Assembly: GCA_964247055.1 (NCBI GenBank)
Contig: OZ176051.1
Location: 9,176,001-9,240,000 of the forward strand
Direction of reading: 5' to 3'
DNA length: 64,000 nucleotides
From: Paragordius varius
Taxonomy: Eukaryota; Animalia; Nematomorpha
Part shown: one piece after another, positions 12,255 through 25,770 of the stretch
How positions within the stretch are numbered: the stretch's first letter is position 1
Layout: every line of letters begins with the position of its first letter
Position numbers and translations under genes: made by a program
The notes under the pieces: model-generated
What the model saw: only the letters and a program-made list of their open reading frames with translations
Database searches by the model: none
Told to the model about the DNA's origin: nothing

Positions 12255-14390
12255 TGCTGTCTATGTGATCTTCCAAAAAAAACCAGTAGACCTATAATCC
12301 AAATGCCGAAATATAATTATTAAAGAATGCTCCGACAATAGCTTCGCTTTTTTAGGCCCCCAGTTCGGGCCCACCCCGTGTAAAAAACGGGTTTTTTGAA
12401 AACACAAGTCCACAAAAATCGTGTCTTTGAGACAATATTCCGGGAAACGTGTTGGACCATTCGATTTCAAATATAATTTTTTTAACTTATTTTCGATTGC
12501 GCCGAACATAATCGGTTCGTTTTTTTAATTTAAACCCTCTTTTTACCCGCTCCTCCCGTAAAATGCCATTTCAAAATAACCAACTCCACAAAAATAATTT
12601 TTGATTCTATTTTTCGCCCAAGGTATGAGCCCGTAAAAATTTAATGAAGCCAGGTAATACCAGTTAAAAGGCAAAAATCTTGGTTCGTTTTTTTATATTC
12701 GCTGCTGGGTATGGTGATACCCGCTAAAAACTGCCCCGTCATATTGAAATAGTGTACTTTTAGTGCTAAATTTCAGAAAACCTATCAGTCCATATCAGTA
12801 TAGCTGCTTAAAATACTACGCGTACCGAGGCAAAAATTAGCCGTTAGTTAGGCCCTTCACGCCTTGAAAAATGCGCCCTCATAGAATGATTTTTTAGTTT
12901 TAAGACAATTTTCTTAAAAATAAATCAGAGCATATGGAATCAATCATACCAGGTATTATCCGTAAAAAGGCAAACATTTTCATAAAGCGCTTTGTCAGCT
13001 TTTGGGCTGGGAGTTACCCGTCTAACAGTGCGCCACCATATCGAATTTGCCTTGTTTAGGAGTTAATTTACAGACTATATAAGTTAAATAAAACCTGAAT
13101 ATAACCCGTAAAAAAGCAAAAATTTAAGTCACCGGTTATTTAAATTACCCTTTAATTGGGCCCTTCACGCCCTGAAAAATGCGCCATCCTAGAATGACTT
13201 TTCGGTTTTGGCAAATGTGGAATGAATAATGATTCCAGATATTTCCCTAAAAAGGCAAAATTTTTATCTAATGTCTTTTTTATATTGGCCCTGGGTAGGG
13301 GGCTACCCGCCTAAAACTGCGCCACCATATCATGACTTTCGAGGCCAATTTTATAAAACTTATCAGGCCATATGAGTTCAATAGGGCTTGAAATATTACC
13401 CGTAAAAGGGCAAAAATTTAAGTAGGCCGGTTTTATTAAATTATTCCTTAATTAGGCCCTTGCCCTGAAAAATGGCCATCATAGAATAACTTTTTTGTTC
13501 TGACGCAATTTTTCGAAAATCCCACGAGAGCGGAATCAATCATGATTCCATGTATAAGGCAAAAATTTAATCAATCGTTTTTTTCGCCCCTGGTTAAGGG
13601 GCTGCTCGCGAAAAACTGCGTCACCATTACAGCATGTCTTTGGAGCCAAATTTCAGAAAACTTATTAGACTATGTGAGTTCAATAAGGGCCTAAAATAAT
13701 TATTACCCCTTAAAAAACAAATACTTGTTAAGTATATATAGAAGGTTATTTCAATGAGTCGCTAAGCAAAGTTTTGCGCCCTGAGAAATGCGCCGCCATA
13801 GAACAATATTTTGGTGATTTGAAGCAACATTTCCAAGAACTTTTATGATATGGAACCCATTATAATTCCAGATATCCATATAAAGGCAAAAAATTTTCCC
13901 AACGCTTTTTTCTGCCCCTGGGTAAGGAACTACACGCCAAAAATGCGCAACTATTTAGAATTACAGAAAATATATGAAGCCATATGAGCTCATTAAAGGC
14001 TTTAAATATTACCCGTAACTAGGTAAAATTAAGGTTAGGCCTTATTAGACTAAATTTGGGGCCTTTATGCCCTAATACGCCATCATATACCGACTATTTA
14101 GTGGTAAGGTATTTTTTCGAATAACCCATGAGACGATAGTATCAGAGATGAATCCAAATATTTGCCCTATAAAGACAAAAAATTTAACTCAGCGCTTATT
14201 CCATATAGGTCTATGGGTAGGGGTATAGGTTTAAAACTAAGACACCATACAAAAATGGCGTAGTTAGAGCTAGTTTAAAAAACTTGAGAAGCCATACGAG
14301 TTCAATAAAGGCTTTAAATAATACCAAGAGTAAATTATAATATAGCGTTTCCGTTAGCCGTCGATTTGAGGCCTTGACACCAGTAAACAA
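12255..14390 (-). repeat. Dispersed unclassified repeat with ~6 tandem ~290-310-bp units (copy 2, inverted)
   Basis: A CATATGAGTTCAATA(A)GGGC-like motif recurs at ~12790, 13080, 13370, 13673, 13981, 14293. Confidence 0.8.
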
Positions 14391-15199
14391 TATATTATGA
14401 ATGCACAATTTTAAAAATTCTATGAAACACCATAACTATTAAATAATGTTCGAAATATTATAGATCACAATTTTGTTGATCCCTTTTTTCAAATAAACTG
14501 GCTGCGTAGCCCGAAATTTACGCTACTATTTAATAAAAGGTTATATAGATTAAAATTTAGTAATAATTTTTTTTGAATATTTTTAAAAATTGTATGATGC
14601 GGGATTTTTCCCACAATATTTTGTAATTTTTTTACTTTTGTAATTATCGTCTATCTATGGATATAATTTTGGATAACGCATTGAGGCTTTATGAAAGGTA
14701 AGGACGTTATGTGGGGGCACCGACGTTCATCGACAGGACGCTTTATACCTATAACTTAATTGTAATAGCCATATGTTAGAATTTGTTACTTTTTCATTAT
14801 TAATATATTTTATTAAGTTATTAACCTAAAAGCCATGGTACGTATCCGAATAATAAATAGGCAATTCCTATAATATTTACCGCATAAATGCATTCCCATG
14901 TCTTTCAAAATATAAGAACCTCCAGGTAATACAAAGTGACCGCCTGTTTTTATTAATGTAACAAATATTTCTGATTCAATTTTTTTTCACATTATAATTT
15001 ATTTTTCTTATGTTTAAAAAAATCACCGGTTAATAAAAATATATATTTAATCAACTAAAATAAATAAATATATATATATATATACCCACATATTTGGTGA
15101 ATTGCCGCTCTTTTCAATTCTTTTTTATTTACATATTTATGTGATTCGGCTTATTCTTATTAAAATGTATTAACCCAGAGATCACGATTAACTGATAAA

Positions 15200-15669
15200 C
15201 ATTTGAAATCTTGCCTGATTGCGCTGACTTCCTGTGAACCCAATTTTGAAAAACTTTCTGAATTATGGCATACTCAATCATCTTAAATATTATTTTTAAG
15301 AATCATCAAGTGTTTCCACATTTAGTTCATATGACATCAGATCCGTTTCAACCGAAATTCCAATTAACGATCTCTAATTAGTTTTTATTCGACATCCAAA
15401 TCTGGTCATTAAAATCTGGTATGCAGTAATCCATAAAATCTGGCAAGATAAAGATGTTTACCAAGAGCTACAATCCATTTTTTACTTAAATCATCTAGAA
15501 TTCGTCCGAAGAAGTACAGTTAATCTTATCCATTGTAAATTTAATAACTTGAATAAAGTAAATATTTTAATATTTTTACACTGATTGTGGCAACCAGAAT
15601 ATTTTGATAAAATTAAGGTTTTAAATAATAATAACTGCTCAAAAATAATAATTTTTGACCTGTGCTAGT

Positions 15670-15715
<46 letters not shown>

Positions 15716-15822
15716 GTTTTAAAGTGATAAACGAACCTCTAATATTTAATATACATACGTACCCGCGTGAAATTTTCTCCCAAAAAGTAGCCCGCGGGCA
15801 AAGAAAAGTTGGCCACCCCTAA
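15200..15822 (+). mobile_element. Decayed hAT (Buster/Charlie-type) right end
   Basis: Ends GTAGCCCGCGGGC...TTGGCCACCCCTA (reverse complement of a CAGGGGTGGCCAA TIR); shares blocks with 50700-50930. Confidence 0.45.
15673..15712. repeat. (TA)n microsatellite
   Basis: Uninterrupted TA run; similar runs at ~17335-17377, 22624-22709, 37638-37657 and 62673-62696. Confidence 0.95.
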
Positions 15823-16099
15823 AATATATTATTTAGTTGCAACCAATTTTCTAAAGATTCACTTTTTTAAGATCATCTGAAAAAAATGCTTAGCGAGTTA
15901 TTTCTAATGCATACATGGAGTTTAAGATGCCAGACAAGGTGGATTTGAAATCTTAAAGGCCAAAGAAAATAGAAAACGAATTCTTGTATCAGTTAATTAT
16001 TTCATGAATTTTTTTCAAGTAGCTGCTAAAAAATTGAAATTTAACTTTTATAATAATAATTAATTTTGACAATTTATTTAGTGTTGCTGACACAAATTT

Positions 16100-16260
16100 A
16101 TCAAAAATGAAGTCATTGTATCATGATATGTATAATCCCCCTAAGCCTTCACAACACCTTCTAGCACCTTCGTGCTATCAAAATCGGTCGTTTTAATAGG
16201 ATGCAAGCCTTTTTTATATGTTTCTCTACCACATTCCATCTACACATTAATAAAATTTAA
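16100..16260 (-). mobile_element. Tc1-like transposase C-terminal remnant
   Basis: The minus strand gives WNVVEKHIKK and, in another frame, EGVVKA*GDYTY, similar to the Tc1 ...W..LE..L...AVIKARGGxTxY ending. Confidence 0.4.
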
Positions 16261-16556
16261 TTACATTGTAGCATACATCATATCTATAATTGGGATCCAA
16301 AAATATCAATAAAACACTAAAGAAAAGAGGAAGTTTATAATGAAATAATGAAAGGTCTCCGTTTTTTTCTTATAAAATACTAATGTCTTTATGATATTAT
16401 ATTTATTATGAATAAAGTTGGTTTATTACGCTTGTAATAGGTCCATGAGAATATCGAATCTCTTTAAACATTTTACGATTTAAACCCTATCAATTAGTTT
16501 TAAGTTGAAGATCATTCAACATTTTAAAATATGGTCTATTATATTTTTATGAAATA

Positions 16557-16790
16557 TACCATTTGCAATTCGAATTCACCCTAAAATAAATTTGTTTTCG
16601 AGCTAATATAACATCTCATGATTAATATGAAATCTATTCCTATGACATAGTTAGTTATTTTTTCAGTATTATATTAATTTTTAACAAAATTTCAAATTTT
16701 AAAAATATAAAAAGATATAGGTAACTTTTAACTTCAAAAAACACATAATTTATTTTAGGGTGAATTTGATTGTTCAAGGGTTTGAACTAT
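16557..16790. mobile_element. TACCATTT-terminal foldback MITE (AATTCACCC family)
   Basis: TA|TACCATTTGCAATTCGAATTCACCC ... AGGGTGAATTTGATTGTTCAAGGG inverted arms. Confidence 0.65.
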
Positions 16791-19700
16791 GTGTTTGGCT
16801 ATACTATTTTTTTAATTCATGGTGTTTCTTATTCGAAAACAATAACATTATAACGCGTATATATAAGTGTTCTCAATAAATCCTTCAATACATCAAAAAT
16901 ATTGATTACAGTTATATTGGAGTGGCGTAACTAGGGGGGAAGGGGGCTGATGCCCTTGGCGCCATAGTTGAATGGCGCCGGATTACAAAGTTTTTAATAT
17001 TTCAAATAGCGTTTTAGACAAAATTGATATTTTAGTAATATTTTTCACATTTATAATCTAGGCTCATGAAAACACAAGTCCCATAGTTAATCAGTATTAT
17101 CCATGTTACACAAAAGTAAGGAAAATTAACTATTTGACAATCAAAATAGCGAAACCTTGTAAATTAATAAGTAAGAGATTCGATAGTTATAAAGCTGATT
17201 CAACGCAATTATTTTTTTTAAAAAATCAAAAGTATATTCGTGGTGATCTTTAAAAATTTGTCTAAAAGCGCTTAGTTTTTTCATACTATGTTTTAATTTT
17301 TGCATTAAAAACATGGGACTAACTCCTAAGATGGTATATATATATATAGATAGATATATAGATATATATATATATATTAAAAAGGGAATTAATAATAATG
17401 AACTTTATAATAAATTTAAAGATAATATAAATTTTCATATATGACACACATTATTTTCATTTTAACCAAATTAATCTAATATAATAAGTTACTGAGTCAT
17501 AAAAAAAAATTTTATATTAAACAAGTTTTCATTTGATAAAACCCACAATCAAAATTATATAAAATTTCTTTTGATTAAAAATTCAGCCGCTTTATTTTAT
17601 GATTGTCAATTATCTATTTAAAAGGTTTTTATATATATACGATGTTTCTAAAATTAAGCACGTTTTTTTAATACTCTTTTATAAGATATTTTAAGATAAA
17701 CGAATCTTAATCGAAATTTAACAGGGATGAGATAAAAATATTGACCATCAAATTATATGGAAAAAGATTTTCATATTATAGTTTATATACCGTTTTCGCT
17801 ATGCTTCAAAATACTGTAAAACTCGCTTCACCAAAGCCAAATTTGTATAAATTATTCGGGATAAACTTTATTAAAGTCAAAATTAGCACATTATAAAAAA
17901 AATATTGCGTAATAGGCATGCGTTCACTTTTAAAAACTTGCCCATTTACCCAAAAATTTAAAACTATCCCTACACTTAATATTGTTTTGTTTTCTCAATA
18001 TGTAGTATTTTTTTTGAAATAAATCACAAATAAAATTTATTTAGCAAAATGGGCGGATAGTTACCTAAATTGATTAATTTTTATATCACTCGTGCCTGAA
18101 ACTATAAGCGCTACGAGCTTTATACATTTTTTTCTCAGATTTATGATATTTTTGTGTGCACTGTGTAATGTTTTTATAATAAAATTTTTAATATATAATA
18201 TACTGTGAATTAGTACAAATTGTTTATAATAAAATAAAGTATGTTTTCTAAATATAAATTCAATATAAAACACCTTTTATCAAAACAGCATTAAAAACTA
18301 TTGTTGGGATATCCTAAAAAATTGTTTATTATGTATTATTGGGCAACCAATAATAGCTAGCCTAATATCTGAAAAAAATACGAAGTTTGACAATAATTTA
18401 AAAAATATCAAAAAATACCTCTTTGGGAAAATATGCAATTGTATGCGCTTTTCCCTCATTAATATAAAGATATTGTTTTATTGGAGTATAGATCCTCGCC
18501 ATGCCTATAAACATAAAATTATTTAACAAATTTTCAAGTTTGTAAAAAAGCAAAAAAATGGGCTTTGTCTGCAAAATTATCTCGAATCAGGACTCAGCAT
18601 TAAAGTTCGGTCAGGAGCTGGTTCTGTAGGGAATCAACCAGTTATATATTATAACTTCTCAAAAACCACCCTGTTTTTTTTCTATTTTTGAAATTTTAAA
18701 TACGAACAATTATTTCCATATATAATGAACAACCGTGGGTCAACTTTCTACTATAATGTTGTGGATTCCAAACCAAATCGATGGCGCGTCGATTAAGCCC
18801 AATCTTTGAAAAATTCATTAGTATTCATTTCATTTCTTTTTAGATCAAAATTGTTTTAATTGATAAACTTATTGTTTTGCAGTTTCATATTATTATTATT
18901 ATACATTTTGTGGCTTAATTTTATTTGTTAATATCTATTATTAATTTGGAATTCTGATTATATTTTTGTATTTAAATCTATTTGTCGATGGCGAATTTTG
19001 CTTTATAATAATTATTAGCAAATTGGTCAATACTCTTCGATATTCTATAAAGAAATCTTTTATAATCATCGTTAAGAGGACAACAAAATCATCTAGAAAC
19101 TTTAGTTTTAAAAATAAGAGACTGAAATTGTTTTGTTTTGTAACTAGCCCCGAATCGTAAAAAAGCAAAGTCTTCACCTTAATCCAAAATCGTATATTTA
19201 TGATTTACAACGAATCATCTACATTTTGAATATAATGAGAAATTAAATTTAACCGATCAATTATAGTAGATTGTGCTGTCAGGTGATTTCAACAGCTCGC
19301 TATTATATTAAAATAGGTGTTATATTAATTTCATGTTGAAAATGTTAAAAAGAGCACCATGGTAAATTAAAATATAATTAGTGCTGTTTTAACACTACCT
19401 GGAGATCGAAATGTTAAAATTAATTAATTTACCTTAAAAAGATAATGATTATTTTATAAATTACAAATATTTTTTTTGATTTTATATTTTTTTCACAGCA
19501 TGTTGGCCCATTGTGGCGGCATTATAGATATGGAAATTTATAATATCTTTTTTACCTAGAGACTAAAGGCAATCAATGCGACAAAGGAAATCACTTTTGC
19601 ATAATTTATCGTAAAAAAGTGCTAGATCAAATCATAATCAATGATTAATTAAGAGGGAAATTAGGAGAATTAGAGAAGGATTTGTTTTTTAAAGTTCGAA

Positions 19701-19815
19701 TCCAGAATCTCATTTATGGAAATAACCTGGTTTTGTCTACCCTCTAATTCTATGATCACATGATGGTGGTACGATACTTTGGCATATTTTAAAGCCCTCT
19801 TGTAAATGTTTAAGC

Positions 19816-20252
19816 CAGGGGTGTCCAACACAACGGACCGCATTTTTGCCTCAAAAAACCTCGACGGCCGCATTCGAAATATATATGGGTTTTGTAAAAT
19901 ATTTCTTAGATTTCCAACACAAAACTGTATTATGCAAACACAATATGGCAACTTTCTAATTGTATTAACTTATTTATAAAAATTGTTTAAAAATTAACTA
20001 AGATTACGGTCATGTATCCTTTATTTTATCAAAAATTTATTTTTTTTCGTTAAATGGGTATAAATATTTTGGTAAAGAATGGAAAAACAAGAGCTCTATG
20101 ATAATTCTTATACTTTGATGAATATGATATTGTTAATACCATATATCTCTTGATTTTAACGGTAAAAAAATTTTTGGTAAAAAAAAGGATGCATTACTGT
20201 ATGTAAATATTTTGCAAGTTATAAATTCTCAGGACGCCTGTTGGTACCCCTT
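19816..20252. mobile_element. hAT MITE (CAGGGGTGTCC termini)
   Basis: TIR CAGGGGTGTCCAA / TTGGTACCCCTT; degenerate 8-bp TSD GTTTAAGC / GTCTAGGC. Internal 20015-20100 matches 63905-64000. Confidence 0.65.
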
Positions 20253-20783
20253 GTCTAGGCCAATAAGAAAACAAAAATCGTAATTTTTGCATTATTTTTC
20301 GGTATTTTTTCCTATTAATATTTACAGTAGACCCTTTCATTTTAAATTATTAAAAAGTATATTACAATGTCTCCATTCAAAATGAAGAACTTTCGAAACA
20401 ATAATCTCATTCTCCAAATTATTTTGAAATATTCTAAAAACCTATCATTATTATTTAAATAATTTTTTGTTAAACATAAGCCTGAGATTACCAAATTAGT
20501 GATATAATTATAAAACAAAATTTACCTTTATATTCGAAGAGTTTAGCTAAAATAAATATATTAAATTCAATAGTATTATGGAATATTTTGGCATTTTACA
20601 GTGTGTATTTTTATGGTTGCTTATTTCAGACTATAGGGTAATTCGCAAAACATTATCGTGTATGGAAAAAAATGTGGAATGAACAATTTTTTCCTTCCTT
20701 TCTTCCATTTGTGTTCCGAATTGCCCAAATATAGTGTGAAAAAATCAACCATTAAAATGCATACTCTATAAGATGGTATTTAA

Positions 20784-21923
20784 AAACTGTGTGCAAAACG
20801 GAGGAATAATTTTTTTTAACAAAAATTTCTTCTGAGATAGCTTATACAGAATTCATTTGCCGCAAAAAAATTTTTTTGTTGCCGACCTAGTTTTTGAAAT
20901 ATTGAGAAAAAATCAAAATTGGGCCCAAAAAAATTAAGGATAATTGAGGATAATTAAAAAAAATTATAAATTATGAGATATTATAATTTATAATCATTTT
21001 GCAGATATTTACATATAAATAGCCTAAAATCATATAGTTAGGGTTTTTATAAAAATCTAGATCAAAAAATGGCGTTTTAATAACGTACTAAAAAGACAAA
21101 AAAATTTTATGAAACTAAATTTAAGTAGCTTTTTCAATTATTCACTAGCTAAACTCCCTATTAAATTAACAATCACATTTTAGTAATTTATATATCAAAA
21201 TAAAAATAAAATAATGTTTTTTTTTCAGTTTTTATGATCTGGTTTATGAGTGTATAAAAAAACTACTGTTTTATTTTGGAATCATACATGAGCGGGAACT
21301 ATAAAGTATATGATGTTAGGATATGTAATGGAATATCAACCAACAATCCATATAAATCCCTGTGAAATTATTTTAAAACAAATTAATATTTTTACTGGGT
21401 TTTGTACGGATTTTTGGTTGATATTCCACTACTTGCAAATGTTTTGTATTAATTTATATACTGTATAACTCTCGCTCATGTAAGATTCCAAAATAAAACA
21501 TTAAATTTATAAACCCATAAACCAAATGAAAATAAAGGAAAAAATATAAAATATTTTTTAGTTTTACTTTGATATATAATTCTTTTTTATTGAATAAAAT
21601 ATGAATGTTAAGATTTTAATAGTGAGTTTAGCTAGTAATTAATATGAAATTTTTTAGATTATTTTTTCTTTTAAGTATGTAAATATATATTTATAAAAAC
21701 TCCAACTATATATAAACTATTTATAAATTGTAAATATTTGCTAAAATGATAATAAACCAAAATATCTCAAATATCATTATTTTTTTAATATACTAATTTT
21801 CACTTATTGCCATTTTTAATTTTCTCTGAATATAAAAACTAGGTCGTCAACAAATAAAATTTTACGTTTGGTAAGCTATCTCATGAAAAAAAAAATTTTT
21901 AAAAAATTAATGCACACAGTGTA
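20784..21923. mobile_element. ~1.1-kb palindromic (foldback) Tc1/mariner-type MITE
   Basis: Ends ACTGTGTGCA / TGCACACAGTG|TA. Paired blocks TTGTTGCCGACCTAGT / ACTAGGTCGTCAACAA, GAGATAGCTTA / TAAGCTATCTC, TTTTATTTTGGAATC / GATTCCAAAATAAAA; centre ~21375. Confidence 0.75.
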
Positions 21924-22676
21924 ATATCCATTGATATGAATGATTTTTACTTTTTTTTTGTTACATATATTGAAATTATGAATGAAAAGTACAGTGGCTG
22001 TTCGCAAATATTATGTTAGCAATAATTTTAATATGAGTAATAAATTATAAATTTAATACTAATCATATCCATTAAATACCCTTTTAACCAATTAAAAACC
22101 GAAATGGTCAATAAATTATTTCGTTAGTGTGTTAATAAAATACCAGTTTCGTTGTAATAATGAATTGTAACATTGCAGATAGGATCTACTCTCAAACTAA
22201 AATTTAATCAAAACAAATCGAGTAAATATTGAATAGATATAAAGTAAACATAAGCATCAACTTGCTAAATAAACAAAATAAATTGATTTTTATATCATAT
22301 AAACTTTTTCAAAACTACCCAAGAAATTATTAACTATTTTTTGTTAAAAATTTATATTTACAATTATTCCATCTTAAATTGTGCAAATTTTTTAAATAAT
22401 TTCCGCGATTTTCATATTTAATGAAATCCATTTTATGCTTTAGTATCATGTTAACTTGAAGTTATGGTTACTATTTAAAACATAGGAGTTAGCGATGTAA
22501 AATAATGTTTTAAATATCTTATAATAAAATTTGTATCAATATATGTCATAAAGTATATACTCCGGTATTTGCTATAATAATTAAAGAAATTATATAAAAT
22601 TATGTTAGATTATATTTTAATACATATATATATATATATATATATACCTCTTGACCGATTGCTGTTTAAACATATA

Positions 22677-22708
<32 letters not shown>

Positions 22709-22798
22709 GATTTTGGATTTTTTCCAAATTAAAGGATATGCTTTTATTGAATAAAAAAAATGATGGGTTAAATTTAGAATTTGTTTATAAGAAATATA

Positions 22799-23194
22799 TA
22801 TCATTTGCACTTCAAGAGTCTCCTTGAACACTTCAAGTTCATCCTTGATATTAAACCGTATATCTTTATTACTTAAAATTAATTTGGATATTTATAAGAT
22901 TCATTTAATTAAAAAAATATAATTTTCTGGGTTATTTATTACAATTTTGCATTTAAAACATTTAAAAGTTAATAATTTTGTCATATTGGAAAAAAATTAG
23001 TTTAAATAAAAAAGGGTTTTTGGATAAAAAATTTTATTTTTAAATGAATAAATATATAATAAATAAAGAAAATTAAGTAAAAAAATAATAAAAAATAAAT
23101 GCAAAAATTATGGTTAAATTTAAATAAAAATATTTAAGGACCAACTTGAAGTGTTTAAGGACCATTCAAGGACCAACTTGAAGTGCAAATGGTA
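22799..23194. mobile_element. TACCATTT-terminal foldback MITE (CACTTCAAGTTGGTCC family)
   Basis: TATCATTTGCACTTCAAG ... CTTGAAGTGCAAATGGTA inverted arms with 21-bp units. Confidence 0.75.
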
Positions 23195-23674
23195 TCAAAA
23201 CCCAATTTATGGTTTAAAATGATTTTCAAAAAAGTCTGTCCAACAACTTAAATAAGGCCAATATCTTCTTTTTGGCACTTAATCTCATAAATAAATTACT
23301 AAGGCAATATTTTATAATTATTTTAGTAACTTTTTTTTATTAAAATACCATGTAAAATTATATCCTATTTAAGAAAAGAGGCACTCTACTCAAAAATTAT
23401 TTTAAATACACTTATAATATATAAACTATTTATAATATAATATGAAGTTTTTTAGACCCTAAACTGCATTATTTAGATTCATTTCTTATGGGTTAAACCA
23501 CTACAATATAACATTCAAGTGTATAATTATTTTTAAGTTGTGGAATATTTCTTCATACATAAAATAAAATATAACTGACGATTTTCCTCAATCTGGTTTT
23601 TAAACTATGATGCGAAAAAAATGCATCATATTTGTGAAAGATTTTATTATAGAATTTTGATCGCAATTATTATA

Positions 23675-24270
23675 TACCATTTGCACTTCAAGAATGTCTT
23701 AGAACACTTTAAGTTAATCCTTAAACACCTTAAGTAGGTCTTTAAACATTTTAAGTTAATCCTTGAACCACTTCAAGTTGCTTGCACATTTCAGGTTCTT
23801 AAACACTTCAAGTTGGTCCTTAATATTTTTAATTTTAATTTAACCATAATTTTTGCATTTATTTTTTCATTTATATTATTCATTTATAAAATTTTTATAC
23901 AAAAATCACTTATTTGTTTTAAACTATTTTTTTTCCAATTTTACAAAACTATTAATTTTTTATTCAATGAAAAATTTTAATAATAACCCGGCAAACTTAT
24001 ATATTTCTGTTAAAATCTTATATATATCCAAAATAGTTTTAAATTAATAAAGATATATGGTTTCTCAATGATTAAAAGTTAATATTTATTTAAATTTTAT
24101 GTTAATTAATAGAAAATGGGTTAAAAACGATAAAATAGATGAATGATATACGATTGGATTGATAAAATTAAAAAAAGCAATAGGACCAACTTGAAGTATT
24201 CAAAGATTAACTTGAAATGTAGAAGGACCAACTTGAAGTGTTCAAGGACACTCTTGAAGTGAAAATGGTA
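23675..24270. mobile_element. TACCATTT-terminal foldback MITE (CACTTCAAGTTGGTCC family)
   Basis: TA|TACCATTTGCACTTCAAG ... CTTGAAGTGAAAATGGTA|TA; ~21-bp tandem units in both arms. Confidence 0.8.
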
Positions 24271-25532
24271 TATTTAAAAGACTTTTAGCTATCAAATTAT
24301 CAGAGTGCACACAATTTATAAAATAATATCGGGATTTTCATGTCGTTTCTGTCAGGGTTACAAAAAATATTACTTATAATTATACAATAAACACAAAAAA
24401 ATGTTCTTAGGATATATAATATATATATTCTGATAGAAAAATGCGTGGTGAAAACTAGCTTTATTGTAAAACTACTAAGATATATCATTAACTTATAAAA
24501 TCAAAATAATTTTTTAAAAAATTTAATTTTTAGATGTAGGTTCCCCTCTAAAATGGCCTGGTTTTCTTAAAAACGCAAAAATGCCACTGCGCGAAAAAAA
24601 TATATGCTATTATTTTAACAAAGCATATAAAAAAATTTTATTTTTTTGTTGCGTACTTCATCCTATTTAGAGGCATGATGGAAACGGTATACCACCGTTT
24701 TAAAAGCACTTTTTCTAAACTTTGATGCTGAATATTACCTCAGAATATGATCAAATATTCTGTTTGTCTTCAACTATATGTTAATATAAATTGTTTTTTT
24801 ACAAAAATCACCAATATTTAAAGCAAACGAACATTCTAATTATTCTGAAGCGATAGTTATGTTCAGTCTTATCGAATTTTATAGAAAGTTCAAAATATCT
24901 TAAAGCGTTCTAAAATTGTTTCCACAATGCTTTAAAATAGTATGAAGTACACTTAAAACAAATTTCGCTAAAAAAACTATGCACTTTTTTAAAAAAATTA
25001 GTTGATATCAAAATTGAGCTTATACAAATCGGCATTTTTGACTGTATTTTAAAAAAAAACAGGACAGCGATATGCGATTTTTGGAGCCCGCATCTAAAAT
25101 TTAAATTTTTTGATTTTATTTTGCTCTCTCTTTTGATGTTGTTTATGATATATTTTAATGCTATTTTTAATGAAGCAGTTAGCTTTCACCCAAAATAAGT
25201 ATTTTAAATGTGCCTAAACTTTAACATTTTTTGATATGGAGCACTCTCTTACGACAAAAGTGTAAATTTCTGGAATAACTTCGTAGGGGCCAAAACTAGC
25301 ACCATGATAATCCTGATACATTTTCCTATCTTCTATATATTTAACCAGGATATTTTTTATATCCCCCGATTCCATACACTGTGTTATCAGAAACTAAAAT
25401 TTTCAAGAAAGGGCATAATGATCAATGTAAAAAAATTAAAAAAAGTTATTGGTTTAGCCCATATTAAAATATGGCTTATCGCCGAATAAACATAAATGCA
25501 ATAGAGGAAAACTCGTGAAAAATCTGTAAATA

Positions 25533-25770
25533 TACCATTTACAATTCAAATTCACCCTTGAACAATTCAAATTCAGCGTAAAAATAAACTATGTGATTTC
25601 GGGTTAAGATTAACTTAAATATAAAATATTTTACGATATAGTTTAGTATTTTTTTGGCATTACATTAATTTTAAACAGAATTGTAAATTTAAAGGTTTTT
25701 AATCTTATAAAAACACATAATTTCATTTAGGGTGAATTTGTATTGTTCAAAAGTGAATTTAAACATAGGG
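25533..25770. mobile_element. TACCATTT-terminal foldback MITE (AATTCACCC family)
   Basis: TA|TACCATTTACAATTCAAATTCACCCTTGAACAATTC ... AGGGTGAATTTGTATTGTTCAAAAGTGAATTT. Confidence 0.65.

Noticed and set aside
12700-14330. Regularly spaced repeats as a possible CRISPR-like array (also the 21-bp arrays)
   Set aside because: The units are degenerate over their whole length with no unique spacers, no cas genes are present, and the context is eukaryotic.
14815-14960. Minus-strand peptide scraps LYY/GSY/KTW/GYVPW resembling cytochrome b (possible NUMT)
   Set aside because: It needs several frameshifts, and the expected downstream GQMSFWGA is absent. A TBLASTN against the mitochondrial genome would decide. 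Exon-like readings on either strand are equally plausible.
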